Positions 1 through 8,504 of a stretch of 24,992 nt of DNA are shown here, in pieces. The position numbers and the translations under genes are program-made. Below the pieces are notes generated by a model. The model did no database searches and had not been told where the DNA came from. It saw nothing but the letters and a program-made list of their open reading frames with translations. Numbering within the stretch: the first letter of the stretch is position 1; every line of letters begins with the position of its first letter. This DNA comes from Promethearchaeota archaeon (GTDB lineage: Archaea > Asgardarchaeota > Lokiarchaeia > Sigyniarchaeales > SOKP01), in NCBI GenBank assembly GCA_016930515.1, contig JAFGGO010000107.1, forward strand, positions 1 to 24,992, written 5' to 3'.

Positions 1-143
1 TATTTATTCTAATATCATAATATATTAATAAATCCTGTTTAAAGTAGTTATGATATATAATAGCCCAAATTAAGATATATCTTAAAATATTTACCTAAAT
101 TCATTGAATAGATTTAAATTATCGTACTACAATTTGAACAATT

Positions 144-1343
144 ATGAAGAAAATTACAAAGATTCTAGTAATTCTCGTTATATCTGGGGCGCTTTTTGGA
201 AGCTTAATTCCATTCATATTATTCAATATTGCAAATGAACCTCAATCTCCTCAATCTCCTCAAGAAGGTTATGTTCGAATTTATGTAAATTCGACGATAT
301 ATAATAGTCTTTCCTCTGAACTTGAGCAATACCTGCAAGACATTGAAACGCAAGGATTCAAGGTCAATTTAACAACTTGGTCGAATAAGGACGTAAGAGC
401 CTTGAAAGAAAACATAACATATTATTACAATAATAGCGAATTAGTAGGTGTTGTTTTAATTGGTAAGGTGCCTTATGCCCAAGCGAGGTATAACGACACG
501 GACTATGGTTATAATAACTATCGATATTTTCCTATCGATCTCTATTTAACAGACCTGGATGGCAACTGGAGCGATCCGGACGGGGATTTAACATATAATT
601 TCGATCTATATGGCAGTACAAACATTTGGAACGATTTAGAACACAATAACGGAACTAGGGATATTTTTCCCGAAATATGGCTTGGTCGAATATGTCCGGA
701 ATCCCTAAACAACACAAACCATCTCCAAGCATATAAGGATTATTTTGAGAAAAATCACGCTTATCGAACGGGACGATTACATCAACCTCATTCTGCCTTA
801 CTTTACATTGAAGATAGTTGGTCAGCTTGGGACACTGAATATCTTGGAGCCCTTACTGCTTATACGAATGTGACAATGGTATCAAATAATTTACAAACTA
901 GTAGAAGCGACTATCTAGATAAATTAACCCAAAACTTCGAATTTATACAATTACTTGCACATTCCTGGCAATACGAACATTATTTCGATGTATCATCTAC
1001 CACGGAGACTGTAAATTACAATGATATACTTAATTCTAATACAAAAGCCCTCTTCTACAATCTATATTGTTGTTACGCTTGTGATTTCACTTTTCAGAAT
1101 AATATGGGAACTCAATATCTTTTTTCTAATAATACACTTGTGGTGGTAGGATCAACGCGTTCAGGTGGAACCACTTGCTATCAACCTTTTTACGATTTGT
1201 TGAAAAACAACAAATGCTTTGGAGAATCGTTGAGAATTTGGTTTCACAATCCTGAAAACCAACCAGCACCGTTGGGATTTGACCGTTGGGAAGAATGTTT
1301 AGGAGTAACCATTCTTGGAGATCCTCTTTTAACTATATACTAA
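144..1343 (+). CDS. Membrane-anchored peptidase C25 (gingipain)-like protein
   Basis: N-terminal basic plus hydrophobic anchor (MKKITKILVILVISGALFG). C25-type motifs GVVLIGKVP, DLYLTDLDG, PEIWLGRI, His in LAHS, Cys in YCCYACDF, terminal ILGDPLL. About 10 N-x-S/T sequons. Confidence 0.7.
   Translation: MKKITKILVILVISGALFGSLIPFILFNIANEPQSPQSPQEGYVRIYVNSTIYNSLSSELEQYLQDIETQGFKVNLTTWSNKDVRALKENITYYYNNSELVGVVLIGKVPYAQARYNDTDYGYNNYRYFPIDLYLTDLDGNWSDPDGDLTYNFDLYGSTNIWNDLEHNNGTRDIFPEIWLGRICPESLNNTNHLQAYKDYFEKNHAYRTGRLHQPHSALLYIEDSWSAWDTEYLGALTAYTNVTMVSNNLQTSRSDYLDKLTQNFEFIQLLAHSWQYEHYFDVSSTTETVNYNDILNSNTKALFYNLYCCYACDFTFQNNMGTQYLFSNNTLVVVGSTRSGGTTCYQPFYDLLKNNKCFGESLRIWFHNPENQPAPLGFDRWEECLGVTILGDPLLTIY
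240..263 (+). repeat. 9-bp tandem repeat (CCTCAATCT x2.7) encoding a PQS-PQS-PQ linker
   Basis: cctcaatct cctcaatct cctcaa directly after the membrane anchor. Confidence 0.85.
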
Positions 1344-2772
1344 TTTTTTTATTATTTCTTAAGCATTCCTTAATGTCAATGATATGACCTTCTTGAATCA
1401 TTAAACTAAACTCATTTCGATCTCGCTCGCTTAATTCGTTCCATGGAAATGTTTCAATTAATTTCCTTGCTTGAGTTAAACCCAAGTATTTTCTAATATA
1501 TTCCGCATCTGAATATTTGTATGTTGTTAGAAATTCGCTATCTAACTTTTCTCTAAAATGCTCTAGAAGTAAATTAAAGTATTTCTTCAATAATTCTTGA
1601 GTTCCAAGATCTTGTTCGGGTTCGAAAAATACTTGGATGGGGTGAGTTCTATACGGATTTCCTGAAACATATATTGCGTCTGCATCAAAATCGTCTTTTA
1701 TATTTCCCAATCCCACTCGACCTTCCAAAGAACCCGTGTCTACCGTGCGGATGTATAATATGTTATTTTTAATCTTTTGATTTAGCTCGTCGTTAATGTG
1801 AAGTATTATTTTTTTATATTTAGCATTCTCGTATTTGTTCGCATCAATTGCAACGATTGAATTCTCCCCCAAATTTAGTTTTACGTCTTCCTTTTTTAGA
1901 TAATAATTTACAATGAGAGGCTGTTCTGACCTATATTTCTCAATAAATTCTAAAAATTCAGATCCCGCTCGATAATTAAACTCTGGCTTTAGCTCATAGG
2001 TTTTTTGGAGGCAAATATTTTTTTTTTTATATTTTAAAGCGTTAAATTTAACGATTTCCAATTTTTTGGCTTGTTTTTTCCTAAAGAAGCCAACACAAAT
2101 GTTTGTACCCGTAAATTCGAATTTCTTTGTCTCGAACAGGAACATTTTCATTATATCGTAGCGTTTAAAAAAATTTAACCTGAATTTATTCGAAACTGAA
2201 GCTCCATACAAGAAATTGGAGGGGATTATGTAAATTAAATTATTAATTTCGCTATTAAGATCGTTCATCATTGCGATTTGATATAGGTCTTGATATCCTT
2301 TGTAATCCCCTTCAAAATACTTCAAGAAACCTTGGGTTTCCTCGTGCTTGCGAATGTATCCTAAATACAAATATGGTGGATTGGTTATATGATAAAGGGG
2401 AAGTTTTTCTACTTTTAAGAATTCGGGAAAATTAATGAGGTTATCTCTTAAAATAATTTTGCTTTTTGCGATTTTAGGAGAAATTCCGTATTTAATTGTG
2501 TTTTCGGTGCATTTCTTAATCATACTAGCTTGAGTATCGAATAAATAAATGTGTTTTCGAAAGAACGACTCTCTATTTTCTCGAGGAATAAAATCTAACA
2601 TTGGTAATATCAAATTTCCTTCTCCGGCGTATAAATCAACCCAGATATGTTTATTTAAATCCTCTTTTATTTCTGGAAAGATAAAATCTAAGAAAAGTTC
2701 TTTTGAAGTTAAATGTTCTCCGTATTTTCTTCGATTTGCTTTTAGGGCGTTTTTATCCAATGATTTTACCAT
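1333..2772 (-). CDS. Amino (probably N6-adenine) DNA methyltransferase, gamma-type motif order, orphan
   Basis: Motif X-like YGEHLT, SAM-binding motif I VDLYAGEGNL, catalytic motif IV TNPPY, then DLYQ, IIPSNFL and FETKKF. Long C-terminal target-recognition-like region. Confidence 0.8.
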   Translation of the reverse strand: MVKSLDKNALKANRRKYGEHLTSKELFLDFIFPEIKEDLNKHIWVDLYAGEGNLILPMLDFIPRENRESFFRKHIYLFDTQASMIKKCTENTIKYGISPKIAKSKIILRDNLINFPEFLKVEKLPLYHITNPPYLYLGYIRKHEETQGFLKYFEGDYKGYQDLYQIAMMNDLNSEINNLIYIIPSNFLYGASVSNKFRLNFFKRYDIMKMFLFETKKFEFTGTNICVGFFRKKQAKKLEIVKFNALKYKKKNICLQKTYELKPEFNYRAGSEFLEFIEKYRSEQPLIVNYYLKKEDVKLNLGENSIVAIDANKYENAKYKKIILHINDELNQKIKNNILYIRTVDTGSLEGRVGLGNIKDDFDADAIYVSGNPYRTHPIQVFFEPEQDLGTQELLKKYFNLLLEHFREKLDSEFLTTYKYSDAEYIRKYLGLTQARKLIETFPWNELSERDRNEFSLMIQEGHIIDIKECLRNNKKISI

Positions 2773-2872
2773 ACAAGTTAATCATTAATGCATCGATTCT
2801 AAAAAAGTTTGATATAAAAGATACTTCAGGGTATGTTCTTGTTATAATTTGATTATCTTGAATTATAATGAG

Positions 2873-3823
2873 TTAATTATTTTTAATTTTTGAATAAGAA
2901 ATAGTTTTCAATTTTTCTGGGATTTGTGCAATAAAGCGAAATTCCAAGGATAATACGCGAATTAAATTCTCGTATTCGTTCAGCGTGAGATTTTCAAAAA
3001 GGACGACATTGTCTCCCTTTTTTTCAGGATTCACGTGAAAGTTTACATAGTAATAATTTCCTGATTCCTCTATATCGAAAGCTCTTAGTTCTCTTTGATC
3101 CAATAGAATTATATCGCCTTTTTCTTCAAGAGCGTATTTGGGTATGTCAGAATAATCTAAAAGTCGATTGAAAATGTGGTTGAGAATTATTCTTTTATTT
3201 GTTATAACATATCTAACTTCGTGCTCTTTTATCGCAATATCGTTCACTTGGCTTTCGTGCTTCAATCGTGCCTTGTATTTCTTGTCCTTGCTCACTACTT
3301 TAAACCAATTTTCTGTTAATTTAATACTTGAGTTTTTAATCCATAGAATTTTTTCGTCTTGATCGAGTATTTGCTTGATTTCACTGAGCTTCGATGTTTC
3401 TGTAATGTCTAATTTCGTGTTTTTAATTTCGTCTATTTTCATCTCTTCTTTTTCAATATTCCGAATATATTTTTTGTCTTCTAGCTTGTCTTCTTCCTTG
3501 ATTTCCATTGATTCGAGACCGAACACGTTCAAGAACTCTTCTAGTTCTTCCCCTTGATCTACTGCCACTACTTTACAACGTTTCAAGCCAGCTTTCATGA
3601 CGTCTCCTTGAAGCACCGTAGCAACTCTCGATCCTAGAAATCTTTTTCTAACGGACGAACGAGCGCCTTTCCATAGATATATCCTTTTGATCTCTTGAAA
3701 CAAGATAAGGAAAACTTTGTCAGGCGTTAAATAATCTCCTAAAGAAGGCCTATCGAGCTTTAGATCGGTTTTATTCCCCTCTTCGTCGAGTTCGAATACC
3801 ATGAAATCGTTCCATTCTTCCAT
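2873..3823 (-). CDS. Gelsolin-like domain protein with charged linker and C-terminal PH-like domain
   Basis: aa 1-103 show the gelsolin repeat signature (LTPDKVFLI, IYLWKGARSS..KR, VDQGEELEEFLNVFG). From aa ~153 there are LDQDEKILW and YVITNKRII motifs typical of bacterial-type PH domains. Confidence 0.7.
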   Translation of the reverse strand: MEEWNDFMVFELDEEGNKTDLKLDRPSLGDYLTPDKVFLILFQEIKRIYLWKGARSSVRKRFLGSRVATVLQGDVMKAGLKRCKVVAVDQGEELEEFLNVFGLESMEIKEEDKLEDKKYIRNIEKEEMKIDEIKNTKLDITETSKLSEIKQILDQDEKILWIKNSSIKLTENWFKVVSKDKKYKARLKHESQVNDIAIKEHEVRYVITNKRIILNHIFNRLLDYSDIPKYALEEKGDIILLDQRELRAFDIEESGNYYYVNFHVNPEKKGDNVVLFENLTLNEYENLIRVLSLEFRFIAQIPEKLKTISYSKIKNN

Positions 3824-3981
3824 GATTCAACACTATATCTTGGAAATATTTTGTAAGTTGAGGTAAAAAGGTTCTTTACAACAAGATAAATTCCATCAAT
3901 AAAAATTTTTTTAATATTTTATGAAACCTACTATTATAATATTTTACGAGAACAAGTATCTAAGTTAAATAATTTAATGAA

Positions 3982-4003
3982 TAAAAAAAAAATGAAAAAA
4001 AAA
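3982..4003 (-). terminator. Oligo-T terminator downstream of the PadR-HAAS operon
   Basis: Long A-runs on + (T-runs on -) immediately after the stop codon at 4005. Confidence 0.5.
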
Positions 4004-4004
4004 T

Positions 4005-5033
4005 TTATATAGATTTATAATTCTCTAGCTTTATCATCCAATAGACTTCCTCAATCGTGCTAAGTAAGACCAACATCATGATTAAAACAACAATTCCCCG
4101 GGCAATTTCATAGAATTCAGGGCTTATTGTAATGATGGGAGGCATTTGATTTGGATCAATCCATGGAATCATTGCTGGATTTAAGATTACAAATATAAAC
4201 ATCATTGCACCACCTATTTTCGAACACATGATAGCACCTAAGATGATTTGGTGCGTTTGAGGCTTGGTGTTTCCGATAATTCCTCGGGTTAAGTTTAACG
4301 CTCCTTCAAGTATTGAAAAAATTCCCCAAACACGTAGGATCGTTAGTAAATTCAAGTCAAAATAATCTTCAATCCCAACAACGGGTTGTATGACGAGTAC
4401 AAATCCAATAATCATTCCGAAAATACCTTCTGCTATCTTACCTCCAGGTTTGACGAAAGGTTTTAATTGCTTTCCCGTTTTAGGTGAAACCGGTAAACCA
4501 AGATCTATGGCTTTTTGCAATTCCCTTCCACTTTTCTTTATATCTACTTTTGATTTAAAATCTTCAGGAAAATATCCTTCCATTGACAAAGCAACGAAAA
4601 TAATTGTAATTACTGCAAATGCCATTGCCAATCCTCCAAAAATATTAAAAGTTATATTTTCCCAGTTGCCAAAGATAGCGTTAACAATAAAAGAAATTAT
4701 GTTTATCGCAATTATTATGGATAAAACTATCGTCAACGCTTTTTTATACAGTGGAAATAATTCTTCTGATATGAAATATTTTGGAGTTCCTCTCCTCTTA
4801 TATTCCTTCGCAATATTATTTGGAGTGCCCATTTGTTCGATTGCCAGCCTTATAGACTGTTCTGTTGGCTCACCCGTCTCTGAGAGTTCCGTCGCCTTAT
4901 CCCAAATATGCTCCTCGAGTTGATCTAAAACATCCCGTAGTTCGTCCTTCTTATCTTTAATCCACTCTGGAAGTTTCTCTTTAACTTCCTTTATAAAATC
5001 CTTTACAAGATTTTGTATGATTTTTTCGCTCAT
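4005..5033 (-). CDS. HAAS (permease-prefix) domain multi-pass membrane protein
   Basis: N-terminal helical domain with LEEHIWDK...AIEQMGTPNNIAKEY, followed by about 6 hydrophobic segments. ATGA overlap with the upstream PadR gene. Confidence 0.75.
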   Translation of the reverse strand: MSEKIIQNLVKDFIKEVKEKLPEWIKDKKDELRDVLDQLEEHIWDKATELSETGEPTEQSIRLAIEQMGTPNNIAKEYKRRGTPKYFISEELFPLYKKALTIVLSIIIAINIISFIVNAIFGNWENITFNIFGGLAMAFAVITIIFVALSMEGYFPEDFKSKVDIKKSGRELQKAIDLGLPVSPKTGKQLKPFVKPGGKIAEGIFGMIIGFVLVIQPVVGIEDYFDLNLLTILRVWGIFSILEGALNLTRGIIGNTKPQTHQIILGAIMCSKIGGAMMFIFVILNPAMIPWIDPNQMPPIITISPEFYEIARGIVVLIMMLVLLSTIEEVYWMIKLENYKSI

Positions 5034-5581
5034 TTTATCAAACCTCTTTCTGTTAATTCTTTTTCAATATTATGACCACAAATATCACAAAATCGCAGTC
5101 CATTTTCAAGATATTCCTCTACATTTATTTTGTTTGCACAATCGGGGCAAAAATAAAATCGCTGTTCTAGCGTAATGTTCACGCCAAAAAGTGGCGAAAT
5201 TGCCTCGGATAGCTTTGAATAAAACCCTTCCATTCTGTTATAGGCCTTGAGACCAGATTCCGTCATGTAATAATTCTTTCTTAGCCTTCCATCTACTTCT
5301 ACACGTTGTGCTTCAATGAATCCTTCCTTTTCAACTTTCCTTAATAGTGGATATAAAGTTCCTTCCTCAATTATAAGGATGTCTTCTGTTTTTTCGCTTA
5401 AATCCCTAATTATCTGATACCCATGAATGCCCGCTCTTCCCGAATTTTTAATTACCGAAAGAACGCATAGCGTGCTTATTCCCCTGTTTATTTCAGATTC
5501 AAACTTTTCAATGAAATCTCTAAATTTTATATCTGTACCGATTAAGGATTTAGGATCTGGTTCCTTTATTCGTTTTATCAA
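5030..5581 (-). CDS. PadR-family transcriptional regulator with C-terminal zinc ribbon
   Basis: HGYQII, EEGTLYPLLRKVEKEGFI, GRLRKNYYMTESG; C-terminal CPDC...CDICG. Start placed at TTG 5581 because GAGGTGA lies 7 nt upstream; the ORF track extends to ATG 5608. Confidence 0.85.
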   Translation of the reverse strand: MIKRIKEPDPKSLIGTDIKFRDFIEKFESEINRGISTLCVLSVIKNSGRAGIHGYQIIRDLSEKTEDILIIEEGTLYPLLRKVEKEGFIEAQRVEVDGRLRKNYYMTESGLKAYNRMEGFYSKLSEAISPLFGVNITLEQRFYFCPDCANKINVEEYLENGLRFCDICGHNIEKELTERGLIK

Positions 5582-5795
5582 TAATTTATCACCTCTTATG
5601 ATACTCATTTTATTACTATATTATGTGTTATCCAATACTATATCCATAATTATACCATGCGGTCCTATGTATTAAAAGTTATGGGAGACCAATTTTTACA
5701 AAAATCTTGGACATAAGACCATATACAATTAGCCCAATAACACAATAAAAAACTTTTTTAACCCATATTAATGTCCTACTTGTCGTGCGAAAAAA

Positions 5796-5811
5796 GGGAA
5801 AGGTTTAAATA
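5796..5811 (+). promoter_or_regulatory. Archaeal BRE-TATA promoter (GGGAAAGGTTTAAATA)
   Basis: Purine-rich BRE directly followed by TTTAAATA, upstream of the small ORF at 5957. Confidence 0.55.
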
Positions 5812-5956
5812 TAGGTATTATCATTATTGATCAAGGGAGCAATTAAGATGTCAAATTGCTTTTTCCTTAATTTTAATTAGCAGTAATAATGTCTTCATTA
5901 TGATATTGCCAGTTAGAATTTGCATAATATTTCTCGAGGTGTTAATAATCCCAAGG

Positions 5957-6154
5957 ATGAATATTGAAGAAGCTTTAATAATGTTGGAAGGCTTTCAAGA
6001 TGCGCTTCAGGAGATCGTCAGAAATGTGGATGATATGGCGTTTAAATCGGATGTATATATGTTTTCGGTTTATCACCTGAAAAAAGTGGTTGAAAAGTAC
6101 AAACAATTCACAGAATCGAAAATATATAAACCACGAGAAGTTCGAGTTCTGTGA
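5957..6154 (+). CDS. Small helical hypothetical protein (65 aa from ATG; possibly starts at ATC 5948)
   Basis: Amphipathic helical pattern, SD-like GAGGTG at 5936-5941 and an upstream promoter. The ORF-track N-terminus from 5900 reads through the SD and is probably not real. Confidence 0.55.
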   Translation: MNIEEALIMLEGFQDALQEIVRNVDDMAFKSDVYMFSVYHLKKVVEKYKQFTESKIYKPREVRVL

Positions 6155-6293
6155 GATATGAATAAAATACTTGGAAATCTTCCATGATGTTAAATAAATC
6201 TTTAAATAATGATAGTTTTCGTTAATTTCAGAATCCTATATTATATTAACATTAATCTTTTAACTCATTTTTTACTTGCACAATTGAATAGAG

Positions 6294-7112
6294 ATGACAT
6301 TTAGTGAAAATCTCCAGGACAAATTAGAATGCCTAAAAAAGATCATAAGCAGAAAAAAAGTCATAGTAGCGTTTTCTGGAGGTGTTGATAGCTCTCTTCT
6401 CGCGTTTATTGCCCATAAATACGCAAAAGAAACGCTTCTCGTCACTGAAAATTCAATTTTATATCCAAGCGAAGAGATAGAAGAAACTAAAACCTTTGCT
6501 CTTAAATACGATATTCCCCATATGATAATTGAGCGAAATCCTTTAGAAGTAGAAGATTTTCGTTCTAACCCGAAAAATCGGTGTTATATATGTAAAAAAG
6601 GTTTATACAACGAAATTCTTCAAATTAAAGAAGAAAAAGGATACGATATGGTTTTAGATGGTTCAAACTACGATGATCTTCAAGATTTCCGTCCAGGAAT
6701 GCTAGCACTCCAAGAACTTTCTATAGACACTCCTTATTTGAATTGCAGGATAACTAAACAAGAAATACGCCTTATTTGCGAACAGTTCAATCTCGAAGTA
6801 AAGTCAAAACCTTCAATGGCGTGCTTTTCTTCCCGAATTCCTTATGGTCAGGATATTGACGAAAAAAAATTGAATAGAATAAGAGATGGTGAAAAATTTT
6901 TAAAAGAGTTCTTAAATATCAGACAAGTACGCGTCAGACACCACGATAATAATCTCGCCCGCATAGAAATAATGCCAGAAGAGCTTGTTGATGTTCTTGA
7001 TCTAAAAAAGCTATCCATAATTGTGAGTAAATTCAAAGATTTAGGATTTACATATATCACCCTTGATATGGAAGGATTTCGATCAGGTTCAATGAACGAA
7101 GTTTTAAACTGA
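6294..7112 (+). CDS. larE: ATP-dependent sulfur transferase LarE (PP-loop)
   Basis: AFSGGVDSS PP-loop, NRCYICK, DGSNYDD..DFRPG, PSMACFSSRIPYG, VRVRHH, ARIE, GFRSGSMN. Confidence 0.9.
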   Translation: MTFSENLQDKLECLKKIISRKKVIVAFSGGVDSSLLAFIAHKYAKETLLVTENSILYPSEEIEETKTFALKYDIPHMIIERNPLEVEDFRSNPKNRCYICKKGLYNEILQIKEEKGYDMVLDGSNYDDLQDFRPGMLALQELSIDTPYLNCRITKQEIRLICEQFNLEVKSKPSMACFSSRIPYGQDIDEKKLNRIRDGEKFLKEFLNIRQVRVRHHDNNLARIEIMPEELVDVLDLKKLSIIVSKFKDLGFTYITLDMEGFRSGSMNEVLN

Positions 7113-7115
7113 ACA

Positions 7116-8504
7116 TCACGAATCTTTAATATAAGCAATAATTCTTTTTCTTTTCTCAAGTGCTTTTTGGGCGGCTTGCTGTACATTTTCTTCCATAAAT
7201 TGAATCACTTCTGGAGTGTCTTCTCCTATTACCTGTTTGATTTTGGTATAAGCAGATTCTCTGAATCTCGGTAATATGGTTGTTTTACCAGTTTCTTTGA
7301 AAATCATTATAATTTCACCTGAATTTGTAACTTCTCCTATCTCCAAGCATTTTACGCCGATTTCTGTCAAATCGCGAACGATTCTATTTGAAACGCCTTC
7401 CGAGCAATAAATCAACAAGGAATCAAGTGAAACGCCTAAATAATCAACATTAATTTTTTTTAATAAATTAAAAACAATGGGATCTACGAGTTTTCTTACC
7501 TGCTCTTCGTAAATGACGACGCCACAGTTTGCTTCGTAATTAATTTCGTATAGATCCCCTCGAAGACCACCATTAGTTACGTCGCACATTGCTCTTATAT
7601 GCTCTTGATAATCTGATTTAAGGATTTTTTCGCAAGCTTTTAAAAATCTCACATTTATGGTTTGCTTGACGACTTCGGGATTTCCTGAATAAATCGCCGT
7701 GGTTGTTATGGTTCCTCCTCCTGCTCCCTCGGTCATCAAGATCTTGTCGCCAGGTTGAATGTTTTTTCGAGCTAAGAGTCGTTTACTTGCAAGACCAACG
7801 GCGCTAATACCACCTACAAATCGATTTCCAATTACCATATCGCCTCCAATTCTCAATGTGGAGCCTGCAGTGATCGGAACATTCATTAACTCAGATATAG
7901 CAGAAACGCCCGCCATGAAATCGAATAATTTTCCAACATCCGCATCGTCTCCGAGGTGTACATCAATCATTATTGAAACAGGCTTTGAACCCTTCACGTA
8001 AAGGTCGCGAAGGCAAGCTCTGGTAACGTGAAAACCACATATAAAGGGAAAATCGCTCAGACGCGAGTGAATGCCTTCCATCTTCGATACTACGATTAAA
8101 TCTTCTGAGTTGTACGAATTACCCTGAAAATCCTTGATATCAATTAGTCTTATCGCTCCAGCGTCATCTAAGGAACTTGGAGATAAATATGCTTTTTGCT
8201 CGGTCTCTGATAACTCCGTTATGAGTTTATGCACGAAAAAATCTCCTGCTCCCCTGCACCCTACACCTTGCTTTCCAATGGTAACTTCCGCCTTGTTGAT
8301 TTCTAATAGATCTTTCAAAAAGGGTTCCGATATGTTTTTAATATCGCTTTTTTTACATTCCTCTAAAACGGCTTTTGCAAGCTTTTTTGCTTCCTCAAAG
8401 CGCAAATCCTTATAATCCTTGTACGCTTGGATCAATCTATCAATGATAGATTGTTCTGTTTCTCCTTTCTCAATTAATCTTCTTGTTAGGCCTTCCAAGT
8501 CCAA
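7116..8504 (-). CDS. Archaeal AIR synthase (PurM/HypE/SelD fold)-related protein
   Basis: TTG start MDLEG; GVGCRGAGDFFVH, DDAG, EGIHSRLSDFPF, RDLYVKG, GSTLRIGGD, GAGGGT, DVTNGG. Confidence 0.8.
   Translation of the reverse strand: MDLEGLTRRLIEKGETEQSIIDRLIQAYKDYKDLRFEEAKKLAKAVLEECKKSDIKNISEPFLKDLLEINKAEVTIGKQGVGCRGAGDFFVHKLITELSETEQKAYLSPSSLDDAGAIRLIDIKDFQGNSYNSEDLIVVSKMEGIHSRLSDFPFICGFHVTRACLRDLYVKGSKPVSIMIDVHLGDDADVGKLFDFMAGVSAISELMNVPITAGSTLRIGGDMVIGNRFVGGISAVGLASKRLLARKNIQPGDKILMTEGAGGGTITTTAIYSGNPEVVKQTINVRFLKACEKILKSDYQEHIRAMCDVTNGGLRGDLYEINYEANCGVVIYEEQVRKLVDPIVFNLLKKINVDYLGVSLDSLLIYCSEGVSNRIVRDLTEIGVKCLEIGEVTNSGEIIMIFKETGKTTILPRFRESAYTKIKQVIGEDTPEVIQFMEENVQQAAQKALEKRKRIIAYIKDS

Noticed and set aside
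1333-3823. Methyltransferase plus upstream gene as a restriction-modification pair
   Set aside because: The upstream gene has gelsolin and PH-like motifs and no nuclease signature.
7116-8504. Calling this gene selD, hypE, purM or thiL
   Set aside because: It shares the fold only. It has no Sec codon, no HypE C-terminal PRIC motif, and a distinct long N-terminus.
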